Virus record (IMG/VR): IMGVR_UViG_3300021399_000139
Direction: 5' to 3' (one strand)
Source of the DNA: an uncultured virus (IMG/VR IMGVR_UViG_3300021399_000139)
Taxonomy: Duplodnaviria; Heunggongvirae; Uroviricota; Caudoviricetes
Length of the DNA stretch: 20,000 nt
Part shown: in pieces, positions 8,898-16,528 of the stretch
How positions within the stretch are numbered: position 1 is the first letter of the stretch
Layout of the letters: the number at the start of each line of letters is the position of its first letter
Made by a program: the position numbers and the translations under genes
The notes under the pieces: generated by a model
Database searches by the model: none
What the model was told of the DNA's origin: nothing
The model's input: the letters and a program-made list of their open reading frames with translations, nothing else

Positions 8898-9257
8898 TTA
8901 ACTTTCGCTGTTAGGCGAATGTATGTCCCACCAAATGCCAAGCATATTCTTGTCTATGCCCATTGCCATTTCATAGTTCTGCAGCGCTTGACTGCCATCA
9001 ATGAAGTTGCACCTGACTTTGCCTATGACTACCCAGATCTTTCCGCATTTGACAATCTCATATGACTCAACTTTGTTGAAAGGTGGATGCCCTCTGCACT
9101 CAGCAACTTCCATCTCTTCAAGCTCTTTCATGAGGTGCTTTGCAAGGTTCACTGTCACAGCCCATGAAAATGCCCCTTCTCTTAAGTGTGTCTTGCAGTA
9201 GTCTGCAAACTCCTTTGGAAACATGGGCGCCTCTTCACTCTTCATGTTGATGGCCAT
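8898..9257 (-). CDS. hypothetical protein
   Basis: Overlaps deaminase end; stop TAA lies inside the next GTTAAC. Confidence 0.7.
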   Translation of the reverse strand: MAINMKSEEAPMFPKEFADYCKTHLREGAFSWAVTVNLAKHLMKELEEMEVAECRGHPPFNKVESYEIVKCGKIWVVIGKVRCNFIDGSQALQNYEMAMGIDKNMLGIWWDIHSPNSES

Positions 9258-9618
9258 TTCCTGGCATCAAAGAGACTATCTTTATGCCATACTTAGCAGC
9301 AGCGCGTTGACAGACAGGGCACGGATCAATTGGCCGAAGATTGCCAGACCTTCCAACTCGGCATATGACAATAGTCTTTATAAGTGATCCATATCGAGCA
9401 ATTAGCCGCCGCTCGGAATGTTCGGCTGTGCCTGCTCTGCCAATCTTCTCTTTCTCTAGCACATTCCAGTTCTTAGAATGAGAGTTTGTCACATGGCCAA
9501 GAATGTCACCTTTAGAGTCAAAGGCGATTGCCGAAATCTTATATGTGCAAGGGCTATGTGCAGCCTTCTCTTTAAGAAGATTTTCAATAGCTATAGAGAC
9601 ATCTGCTTTTCGTTTCAT
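9235..9618 (-). CDS. Zn-dependent cytidine/dCMP deaminase-like protein, apparently leaderless
   Basis: HSE (HxE) and PCPVC (PCxxC) motifs; ATG 8 nt after TATAAT, no RBS. Confidence 0.8.
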   Translation of the reverse strand: MKRKADVSIAIENLLKEKAAHSPCTYKISAIAFDSKGDILGHVTNSHSKNWNVLEKEKIGRAGTAEHSERRLIARYGSLIKTIVICRVGRSGNLRPIDPCPVCQRAAAKYGIKIVSLMPGNGHQHEE

Positions 9619-9668
9619 ACAGCATAATTATATCAAAAAACTTAGGCTATGTTAACTATACAAAACCA

Positions 9669-9690
9669 GCCTTAGACACATGTCTAAGGC
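9669..9690 (-). terminator. hairpin / probable terminator
   Basis: GCCTTAGACA-ca-TGTCTAAGGC. Confidence 0.6.
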
Positions 9691-9709
9691 CGGCCATCAA
9701 TTCTAATGC

Positions 9710-10168
9710 TTAGGCAAAAGCACTAGTAGCTACCCTATATGCTTCCATTGCGGCTTTATATGCTTCCATTGCTGCACCATAGGCCTTCTTCCATGCGGGC
9801 TCGACACATTCGGCGCTGTCATCGTCAATGCCATCACTGCCATTGCCGAAGATGTTGCCATTGAGATTTTCAGCAACAAAGTCACGACCAAGCTTAGTAA
9901 GCACATAGCCATTAGTGCGGTCATACGAAATAAGATTCGACCACAGAAGCATCTGGAACACACATGCATAGTAGCCATGCCGAGAAGGAAGGCCAAGCTT
10001 CTTGAGTATGGCAGCGCGAGAAGGCATATTGCCATTAGAAAGAAGCTTAAGCACAGCGCCATAGCCATCATATGTGTTAGGCCTTGTAAACGTAGGGCAC
10101 TTTGGGCTGAAATAGCAGTGCGCTGCTGCAGTCATGAAGTTTCCACGAGCAATGTCAATTGTATTCAT
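9710..10168 (-). CDS. winged-helix protein with acidic linker and Ala-rich C-terminal helix (start corrected to MNTIDIA)
   Basis: LLWSNLISYD..NGYVLTKLGRDFV wing motif; RBS AAGGAG. Confidence 0.7.
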   Translation of the reverse strand: MNTIDIARGNFMTAAAHCYFSPKCPTFTRPNTYDGYGAVLKLLSNGNMPSRAAILKKLGLPSRHGYYACVFQMLLWSNLISYDRTNGYVLTKLGRDFVAENLNGNIFGNGSDGIDDDSAECVEPAWKKAYGAAMEAYKAAMEAYRVATSAFA

Positions 10169-10248
10169 TTGTATTCTCCTTTGTTTGTTGTTTGTTGACA
10201 GCAGAATTATATCAAAAAACTTAGGCTTTGTTAACTTCATTGTTCATT

Positions 10249-10293
10249 AAAAAGCCTTAAAGCAAAAGCCTTAAAGCAAAAGCTTTAAGGCTT
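10249..10293 (-). terminator. terminator hairpin with a tandemly duplicated arm
   Basis: AAAAGCCTTAAAGC twice, then AAAAGCTTTAAGGCTT. Confidence 0.65.
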
Positions 10294-10311
10294 AATCATA
10301 ACTGCACTTGC

Positions 10312-10764
10312 TTAAATGCTAGCCATTGCTATCTTGTATGCTTCCATTGCCGAAGAATAAGCGGCCATTGCAGCATCATATGCGCTTAGCCAAGATGAAG
10401 AACCATTAGATTCAGCATTGCTAGCATCATTGTCTTCATCATCTTCGTCGTAGTCTTCAGAACCATTAGTGTTGTTGTCTCCACCATCAATGTCGTCCAA
10501 ATCAATGTTCTTTACAATATTCTCTACAATTGACACCTGTTCAGGCCACCGCACAACGAAAAATGGTCCAATCTTATCAACCAATGAATTACGGTAATTA
10601 TAATAAAGTGCATTATATATAGACTTGTACTCTGGCAAAAACTTATAGAAGAAGTAGTCACGTTCATCTAGCCAATCAATGACTTCATTTGCATTTGCTT
10701 CATGGTCAATGTAGTAAAGTGCCACAAGTACGGCCTTAGAAAGCGGTAATTCCTTAAGTTCCAT
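10312..10764 (-). CDS. putative winged-helix (HARE-HTH-like) protein with acidic tract and Ala-rich C-terminal helix
   Basis: LSKAVLVAL...ANEVIDWL...SIYNALY...LVDKIGPFF; D/E/N-rich linker. Confidence 0.6.
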   Translation of the reverse strand: MELKELPLSKAVLVALYYIDHEANANEVIDWLDERDYFFYKFLPEYKSIYNALYYNYRNSLVDKIGPFFVVRWPEQVSIVENIVKNIDLDDIDGGDNNTNGSEDYDEDDEDNDASNAESNGSSSWLSAYDAAMAAYSSAMEAYKIAMASI

Positions 10765-10863
10765 TTTGTCTTTTTCCTTTCGTTTGGTTGTTTGGTTTGG
10801 TTGACAGTGTAATTATATCAAATCCTAGATGTTTTGTTAACTTATCTTGAATTGTGTGCAAAA

Positions 10864-10885
10864 AGCTGGGACAAATGTCCCAGCT
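10864..10885 (-). terminator. intrinsic terminator
   Basis: AGCTGGGACA-aa-TGTCCCAGCT with T-tract on minus strand. Confidence 0.75.
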
Positions 10886-10934
10886 ATGTGCTTGACGACT
10901 CCTATTGTCAAGACTTTGTCAACCAAACAAGCGC

Positions 10935-11204
10935 TTAGCGCTTAGGAGTCCAAATCTTAGAGATGTCGCGGCCATACTGGGCATTGAGACGCATATGCAA
11001 GCCACGAAGAGCAGGATAATTGCCAATGTCTTCAGGACGAAGATATGTGTTGCGAAACACCTTTTCACCAGTACTCTCATCGATGCCAGCATAGATTCCA
11101 CGAGGGAACATGATGACTGTCTCTCCACGAGAGAACCGCTTCTTGTTGAAGGCGCGGCCAGCCCACTTGGCACGGATTAATGATGCAGACTTCTCATTGA
11201 ACAT
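10935..11204 (-). CDS. hypothetical basic protein
   Basis: Promoter 11240-11270, RBS AAGGA. Confidence 0.75.
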   Translation of the reverse strand: MFNEKSASLIRAKWAGRAFNKKRFSRGETVIMFPRGIYAGIDESTGEKVFRNTYLRPEDIGNYPALRGLHMRLNAQYGRDISKIWTPKR

Positions 11205-11298
11205 ATGTTTTTCCTTTCAGTTGTTTTTACTGACAGCGAAATTATATCAAAAGATCCGCATTTTGTTAACTCATTTTTTTCATTATGTGCAAAAGAAA

Positions 11299-11322
11299 AG
11301 CCAGCTCTCTTTCAAGCTGGCT
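11299..11322 (-). terminator. intrinsic terminator
   Basis: AGCCAGC...GCTGGCT with T-rich tail on minus strand. Confidence 0.6.
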
Positions 11323-11348
11323 CCATAGTCGAACTATTGAGCTTCGAC

Positions 11349-11507
11349 TTAGGCCTTCTTAGTCTTCTTCGGCGTCTTCTTAGTCTTCACTGCGGCCTTC
11401 TTGACTGTAGTCTTCTTTGCACTCTTAGCGCACTTGCAGGCGCATGCCTTCTTCTGTGTACGACGGGCCTTCATGAAACGGCCTGTCACTGGATCTCTCA
11501 TTGTCAT
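11349..11507 (-). CDS. histone H1-like Lys/Ala-rich peptide, 52 aa (not in ORF track)
   Basis: MTMRDPVTGRFMKARRTQKKACACKCAKSAKKTTVKKAAVKTKKTPKKTKKA; strong AAG codon bias. Confidence 0.75.
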   Translation of the reverse strand: MTMRDPVTGRFMKARRTQKKACACKCAKSAKKTTVKKAAVKTKKTPKKTKKA

Positions 11508-11549
11508 TTTTTTCTCTTTCTTTGTTGTGTCTTGCTTGTTGCAAGCTGT

Positions 11550-11957
11550 TTAAGTCTGCTCTACCAAGATTTCTCCTGGCCAATCTTCCATTGCTCTCTC
11601 AAAAGAGTCTACAATGCTAGGCGAAAGTCCATGGACATTTTGGAAATTGCCACAGCACCTATAGACATAGAACTCTGCTCCAAACTTCTCAGCGAGTCTC
11701 TTGTATGCTTCTATGAACCGCATCTTAGTGAACGTATTGCATATGACAACATCAAATTTGTTGCTTAAGGCAGTCTTGCACATGTCTAAGCACCAAGCAA
11801 CTGCTTTTGGCATGTTGTCCTTGCTCCACTCGTACTTTCCATCATGGATGTGGTACATGTCATTCTCTAGATGGAATGTTCCAGGAAACATTCGGTATGC
11901 AGCCTGGGTCTTGCCACTGCCCGGTTTTCCCCGGAAAAGTATGAGACGGTTTGCCAT
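11550..11957 (-). CDS. P-loop kinase (AAA_33 / polynucleotide-kinase-like)
   Basis: LILFRGKPGSGKT Walker A, VVICNTF, QNVHGL; start MANRL inferred. Confidence 0.8.
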   Translation of the reverse strand: MANRLILFRGKPGSGKTQAAYRMFPGTFHLENDMYHIHDGKYEWSKDNMPKAVAWCLDMCKTALSNKFDVVICNTFTKMRFIEAYKRLAEKFGAEFYVYRCCGNFQNVHGLSPSIVDSFERAMEDWPGEILVEQT

Positions 11958-11962
11958 AGCTC

Positions 11963-12157
11963 TTAGATGTTGAATGTCTTGCCCATCCAACGATAGACAT
12001 TTTGGTTTCTAGTCTTTCCCTTGTCGTCAATGTATGTCTTTGACGAAGCGCCAAAGGCTATTTCAACATTAGGTGTCCCTTTTGGAAGAACACACTTCTT
12101 TCCATCATATACAGGGTACTTCAAGGTGTATGGACCAGCAAACTTGTAGTTAGACAT
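11963..12157 (-). CDS. hypothetical protein
   Basis: Promoter 12190-12219; RBS AAAGGA 7 nt before ATG 12157. Confidence 0.7.
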   Translation of the reverse strand: MSNYKFAGPYTLKYPVYDGKKCVLPKGTPNVEIAFGASSKTYIDDKGKTRNQNVYRWMGKTFNI

Positions 12158-12222
12158 ATTCAATTCCTTTGATTGTTGTGAACATTGATATTATATCAAA
12201 TTGCTGGCTCTTTGTTAACTAA

Positions 12223-12262
12223 ATGGCCCAAGAGGAAGAAAGGAGTAGTCCTCTTGGGCCAT
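12223..12262 (-). repeat. hairpin element, copy 1 (34 bp identical to 17707-17740, inverted)
   Basis: GCCCAAGAGGACTACTCCTTTCTTCCTCTTGGGC in transcribed orientation. Confidence 0.85.
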
Positions 12263-12390
12263 AACTGTCAACCACCATTTCAAATGGCCATGTGGATTTC
12301 TAGGCTTTCATTTTTCCCGGCTGTTTATCTTATAGGGTTCTATAAGATAAACTAGAGCACGAGTTTTCAGTCTAGGCAAAATATCTAGAA

Positions 12391-12558
12391 TCACTTCTTA
12401 AGCACTTCCCTAAGACGCGCAGGAATCACGGCTTCTCGATTGCATTGGTCACAGCACCTGTCATTCTCATCTTTCGAGACAGGATATGGGTTGTTTCCGT
12501 ATCCATTGAACGTCTTGCCACAGATGCAGCACGTATATGTATTGTCGCTCTTAGCCAT
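12391..12558 (-). CDS. small zinc-finger protein, 55 aa (not in ORF track)
   Basis: MAKSDNTYTCCICGKTFNGYGNNPYPVSKDENDRCCDQCNREAVIPARLREVLKK; two CxxC motifs. Confidence 0.8.
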   Translation of the reverse strand: MAKSDNTYTCCICGKTFNGYGNNPYPVSKDENDRCCDQCNREAVIPARLREVLKK

Positions 12559-12570
12559 ATCCTAATTCCT

Positions 12571-12831
12571 TTACTTGATTTTCTCGATTGTCACGAGGTC
12601 ATCCCCGAATTGTAGGGTTGCTTTCCTAAGATTAGTAAAGTTAAATATGTTTAGCAGGTCAGAAGTGAATTCGGGCTCATCGGCGAACTCATACTCAAGA
12701 ACGTACTCAATCCAATTGCCAATTATGTCAATCTCCTTCATCTCCTGCTCAATGTCTTTCTTGTCAAAGACTGTGTTGTAGTCAGGATTGGTTGGACAGC
12801 TGACTTTCAGCTTATTAGTCTCAGTGTACAT
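12571..12831 (-). CDS. acidic hypothetical protein
   Basis: Promoter 12863-12893, RBS AAGGAG. Confidence 0.8.
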   Translation of the reverse strand: MYTETNKLKVSCPTNPDYNTVFDKKDIEQEMKEIDIIGNWIEYVLEYEFADEPEFTSDLLNIFNFTNLRKATLQFGDDLVTIEKIK

Positions 12832-12895
12832 TGTCTTCTCCTTTAGGTTTGGTTGACAGACAAATTATATCAAAAGCCTAGATATTTGTTAATTA

Positions 12896-12925
12896 AATTG
12901 GCAGACTTAGTCTAGTCCGCCAATT
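12896..12925 (-). terminator. hairpin / probable terminator, related to 14107-14137
   Basis: AATTGGCAGACT...AGTCCGCCAATT. Confidence 0.6.
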
Positions 12926-12952
12926 CAGCAAAAGTTTAGGCTATGTGTTTTC

Positions 12953-13642
12953 TTAGGCTGTCAACTTCGCAATCTCAGCCTTCTCTTCCTGGACAGACTT
13001 AGCGATGCTGTCCTGGAGCTCTTTCTCAAGCTTTGCTACTGCTTCATTCTTGGCGCGCTGGAGGTCAGCACGCTGCTGCGCATACTTTGCGCGGATTGAG
13101 TTTGCTGTCTTCACCTTGATGATCTCCTCATCTGTCCGCTTAGTGCCAAAGACACGGCAGATGGTGCAAGCATCATACTTAGTGACACCAACACTGCGTC
13201 CAAGCAGAGCTTCATAAGTGCAGTAGATGTCAGCGACTGTCACAACAGGACCATATTTCTCATCAGCATGGCCAAGATACAGCGAAGTGCCGTCAATGTT
13301 CTTGCGGTCCCATTCACCAAACTCACGGCGATCTCTGCGCTCATCATTGACAACAGCCTTGATCTTCCGAGCAATCCAATTCTTGAACTCAGCATCAGAC
13401 ATGATGTAGAAGGGATTGATGTACCACCTGCTGCAGTATGTGCTGCTGCTGTTAGCGTTCACATTGATGATGACTTCACCATCATCAGCGGTCTTGACAT
13501 CAAAGTTAGTCCAGTACTTGTCATAGCCAGGGCTGTTCTCCCACTTGCCGTCACTGAGCTGGCCACGGACGCTGTCAATAACTTCATGGGCCTGTGCTCC
13601 ATAGAGTCCAGTATGGATAGTGCGGATGTTTGTGGTGTTCAT
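12953..13642 (-). CDS. hypothetical protein with C-terminal coiled coil
   Basis: Promoter 13675-13705, RBS AAGGAG; GQLSDGKWENSP motif. Confidence 0.85.
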   Translation of the reverse strand: MNTTNIRTIHTGLYGAQAHEVIDSVRGQLSDGKWENSPGYDKYWTNFDVKTADDGEVIINVNANSSSTYCSRWYINPFYIMSDAEFKNWIARKIKAVVNDERRDRREFGEWDRKNIDGTSLYLGHADEKYGPVVTVADIYCTYEALLGRSVGVTKYDACTICRVFGTKRTDEEIIKVKTANSIRAKYAQQRADLQRAKNEAVAKLEKELQDSIAKSVQEEKAEIAKLTA

Positions 13643-13711
13643 CTTTTTTCTCCTTTAGGTTTGATTGACAAGACAATTATATCAAAAGCCTAGAGATTTG
13701 TTAACACTTCG

Positions 13712-14035
13712 TCAGACATACAGCTCATAATCATGCACATATCCAACATCACGAGACCCAAACATGACCTCAATGCAAGCACCTTTCTTCAAGCCATTTG
13801 CCTTGAAAGCACGTTTGACTTCAGACTCCCATCTGTCAGTTGGATCTTCTCCTTCCTGGCTAAGCCACCTGACGTGTCCAACACCATTCTCAATGTAGGC
13901 ATTCCAATCTTTACCACGAAGCTCGTCATCAAAGCGTGATTCATTGATGCACATCTTGTCAAACTTTGGATAAGGCGCTCCACGGTATTCTGGACCAATG
14001 ACATTGATGCCGATTGTCTTTGTGCGCTTGTTCAT
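13712..14035 (-). CDS. hypothetical protein
   Basis: Promoter 14074-14104, RBS AAGGAG. Confidence 0.8.
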   Translation of the reverse strand: MNKRTKTIGINVIGPEYRGAPYPKFDKMCINESRFDDELRGKDWNAYIENGVGHVRWLSQEGEDPTDRWESEVKRAFKANGLKKGACIEVMFGSRDVGYVHDYELYV

Positions 14036-14106
14036 TAGCTTTCTCCTTTCAATTATTTTCTGTTTACGAGACTAATTATATCAAAAGCCCAGAAATTTGT
14101 TAATTA

Positions 14107-14137
14107 AATTGGTAGACTAGAACTAAGTCTGCCAATT
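14107..14137 (-). terminator. hairpin / probable terminator
   Basis: AAATTGGTAGACT...AGTCTGCCAATTT. Confidence 0.6.
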
Positions 14138-14146
14138 TCGTATTCG

Positions 14147-14389
14147 TCAATCAGCAAATTCACCCTCTTCAGTGACTTCCCACTTGCCATCAGCATTTGT
14201 CATGAACAGCTTGACGTCACGGTCATCGTAGTTCACGCCCCATTCTGCACAAGCTGCCTTGCATTCGTCGACACACTCTTCAATTGTCGCATAGTCAATG
14301 CCGGTGCACTTGATGCCGTTTGCAGGCACAGGAAGACGTGGATGTGTTGATGGAATTGGAAACTCAAAGCTGTATGGCGTCTTGTTCAT
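14147..14389 (-). CDS. hypothetical protein (TIEECV family)
   Basis: Promoter 14422-14452, RBS AAGGA; paralogs at 7890 and 19900. Confidence 0.8.
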   Translation of the reverse strand: MNKTPYSFEFPIPSTHPRLPVPANGIKCTGIDYATIEECVDECKAACAEWGVNYDDRDVKLFMTNADGKWEVTEEGEFAD

Positions 14390-14535
14390 CGGCTTTTTCC
14401 TTTATGTTTGGTTGACAACAGAATTATATCAAAAACATTAGGCTATGTTAACTCGAAGGCTATATGCAAATACTAGTCAAAAAGTTAACAAATTGTTTTA
14501 CTTTGACATATCAGGTGTGCCATATCGCAAAATAC

Positions 14536-15009
14536 TTAGACTATATGAAGTCTGCAAGCTATTGTCTTGTAGTCATCTTCAGTGATGTAGAGCTCCTGAT
14601 GCGAGAAGTTAATTCCACCGCACGGAATGTTGAGATGGAGAATGCGGTAGGCCACATCGCTTGGCTTCTTAGTGTCAGAGCAGAGATCAGCCTTGAAGTG
14701 ATTGCCTTTGCCATCTAGACGGCGCTCAGTGTAGCCAAACTCCTCTGTAGCTTCATAGTATCCAGGATTCGTGAAGTCTTCACTCCAACCACGGTGCACA
14801 GGATCTTCAGCTACGCATTCTCTGACTTCAGTGAAGTTCTTGCAGCCGCGCCACGCCAAAATAGGTGTCTTCTTGACGCCAGCTTGCGCTAGCTCCCATT
14901 CTGTTGCATTGCTGCGCTTAAGGACTGCTCCAACAGTTATAGGTGAAATGTATGCTATTGCATCACAGTTGATGTCAGATCCATCAGACAGCTTCACGAA
15001 CTTGCTCAT
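14536..15009 (-). CDS. hypothetical protein
   Basis: Promoter 15045-15075, RBS AAGGAG. Confidence 0.8.
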   Translation of the reverse strand: MSKFVKLSDGSDINCDAIAYISPITVGAVLKRSNATEWELAQAGVKKTPILAWRGCKNFTEVRECVAEDPVHRGWSEDFTNPGYYEATEEFGYTERRLDGKGNHFKADLCSDTKKPSDVAYRILHLNIPCGGINFSHQELYITEDDYKTIACRLHIV

Positions 15010-15154
15010 TTTTTGTTTTCTCCTTTAGGTTTGGTTGACAGTCTAATTATATCAAAAACGTTAGGCTATGTTAACTCTATGCGCATAATTCGGCGAGTTA
15101 ACAGATTTCTAGACTTTTGATATACAGCTGTGGCAAAAATGGCAAAAAAGAAGA

Positions 15155-15179
15155 AGCTGGACTATTGCTAGTCCAGCTT
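15155..15179 (-). terminator. intrinsic terminator
   Basis: AAGCTGGACTA/TAGTCCAGCTT with T-rich tail on minus strand. Confidence 0.7.
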
Positions 15180-15221
15180 GCACATGACTCACTTAGCATT
15201 AATAAGAGGAGCTAAGATCCT

Positions 15222-15557
15222 TTAGGCCATTCCACAGACTTTGTTCAACAACTTCCTTCCTTTCAAAGTTGTTCCATACCACACTTTTGAATATGAATTG
15301 CGGATTCCAGCATACATAGTGGTGTAAGTCTTGATGTGTTCAGGAGTACTGTATTTCGCAAGATATCCTTGCTTTGCAAGAGCTACAACTTCCTGGGCAA
15401 TGGCAGAATATCCAGCCTTAGGGTATATCTGCTGGATAGTCTTAGGGCTGTCTTTGCAGAAATTGAGGATACGGACATAGTCTGACTTTTCTGAGGCTCT
15501 CTTAAAAGTAAGTTTGATAGATGTATAGCGGTTTTCAGGGATATTAATGAATTGCAT
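15222..15557 (-). CDS. winged-helix protein (start corrected to MQFINIP)
   Basis: ILNFCKDSPKTIQQI...LAKQGYL...WYGTTLKGRKLL. Confidence 0.65.
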   Translation of the reverse strand: MQFINIPENRYTSIKLTFKRASEKSDYVRILNFCKDSPKTIQQIYPKAGYSAIAQEVVALAKQGYLAKYSTPEHIKTYTTMYAGIRNSYSKVWYGTTLKGRKLLNKVCGMA

Positions 15558-15726
15558 TTTGTGTTTTCCTTTCATTTAATTTGATTGACAGCGTAATTAT
15601 ATCAAAAAACTTAGGCTGTGTTAACTCTAAGAGTATGCATACACATTAATGCTGAAGTTAACAAAACAGTTCTACTTTGATATAATAACTCACTATGCGT
15701 GCAAAATGCTTAGGCTATGTCAAAAA

Positions 15727-15752
15727 GCGAAGGCGGCAAATGCCGCCTTCGC
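15727..15752 (-). terminator. intrinsic terminator
   Basis: GCGAAGGCGGC-aaat-GCCGCCTTCGC with T-tract on minus strand. Confidence 0.8.
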
Positions 15753-15763
15753 CATATGCTATG

Positions 15764-16264
15764 TTAAGCAGGAATGGCCGAGATGATGTTCTCAATCGAG
15801 TAAGTCTTCCACTCAACCACAGGCTTGTCACTCGGCTTAGCCGAATACTTCGGGAGGTAGTTGGCCTTGAGGTCAGCGACCTGCTCCGGGGTGGCTTCGA
15901 CTCCATTGATGTAGTACGTCGAAGTACGGTCTTCGAAGCGGCTAAGCGCAGCATAGAACTTTCCAGGCGTCGCATCGGCTTCCATCAGCCAATTGGTGCC
16001 ATTGACGTAGTGCTTGCCACTAGGCTTCTGGGCTTCGAAGTCACGAGGCTTGCCGGCCTCTTCGAGCTTGTCATTGACTTCCTTTTCATAGTTGACGCCA
16101 AGGCTTGCCGTGAAAGTCGAGCAGACTTCGACAGTGAAGTTCGTCGGCTCCTTGGTAGTCCTATTCTTCTTAGTCAACGCCGGATGCGTTACTGTAGCAA
16201 ACTTGAAGCGCTTGCAGTTGGGATGCGATTCAGCGATGGCAAACACGATTTCAGTGAGGTTCAT
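15764..16264 (-). CDS. hypothetical phage protein, probably highly expressed
   Basis: Promoter 16308-16338, RBS AAGGA, own terminator; C/G-ending codon bias. Confidence 0.85.
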   Translation of the reverse strand: MNLTEIVFAIAESHPNCKRFKFATVTHPALTKKNRTTKEPTNFTVEVCSTFTASLGVNYEKEVNDKLEEAGKPRDFEAQKPSGKHYVNGTNWLMEADATPGKFYAALSRFEDRTSTYYINGVEATPEQVADLKANYLPKYSAKPSDKPVVEWKTYSIENIISAIPA

Positions 16265-16345
16265 TTGCTTTTCCTTTCGTTTAGTTGTTTGGTTTGATTG
16301 ACAGCGTAATTATATCAAATTCTAGGCATTTTGTTAACTATAATC

Positions 16346-16528
16346 TCAACGCAGCTCGGGATTTTCATCCATCCACTTGGCCATCTTAGGGTCGAACGTC
16401 TTGGCAAGGGTCTTAAGCTCGGTGAGCTCAGATGCATTGAGAGGAGCCTGGCGGAACATAGTCTTTAAGTAGTTGAAACGAGCACGGGTAGTTTTGGTAT
16501 TGGTATTTGTATTAGTGTTGTTTTTCAT
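16346..16528 (-). CDS. hypothetical protein with N-terminal NT repeat
   Basis: Promoter 16556-16586, RBS AAGGAG. Confidence 0.75.
   Translation of the reverse strand: MKNNTNTNTNTKTTRARFNYLKTMFRQAPLNASELTELKTLAKTFDPKMAKWMDENPELR

Noticed and set aside
11205..11768. 187-aa Leu-rich plus-strand ORF
   Set aside because: Shadow of the Lys-rich H1-like gene and the kinase; no RBS or promoter.
12300..12375. Possible hammerhead ribozyme (CUGAAAA...GAAA on minus strand)
   Set aside because: The core is not CUGANGA and the required three stems could not be formed.
1665..15028. Numerous plus-strand ORFs in the minus-strand arm, and minus-strand ORFs beyond 16850
   Set aside because: They overlap better-supported genes on the opposite strand and lack an RBS or promoter.
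15695..16297. 200-aa plus-strand ORF
   Set aside because: Antisense shadow of the codon-biased gene 15764..16264 and crosses a strong hairpin; only its promoter is retained as a finding.
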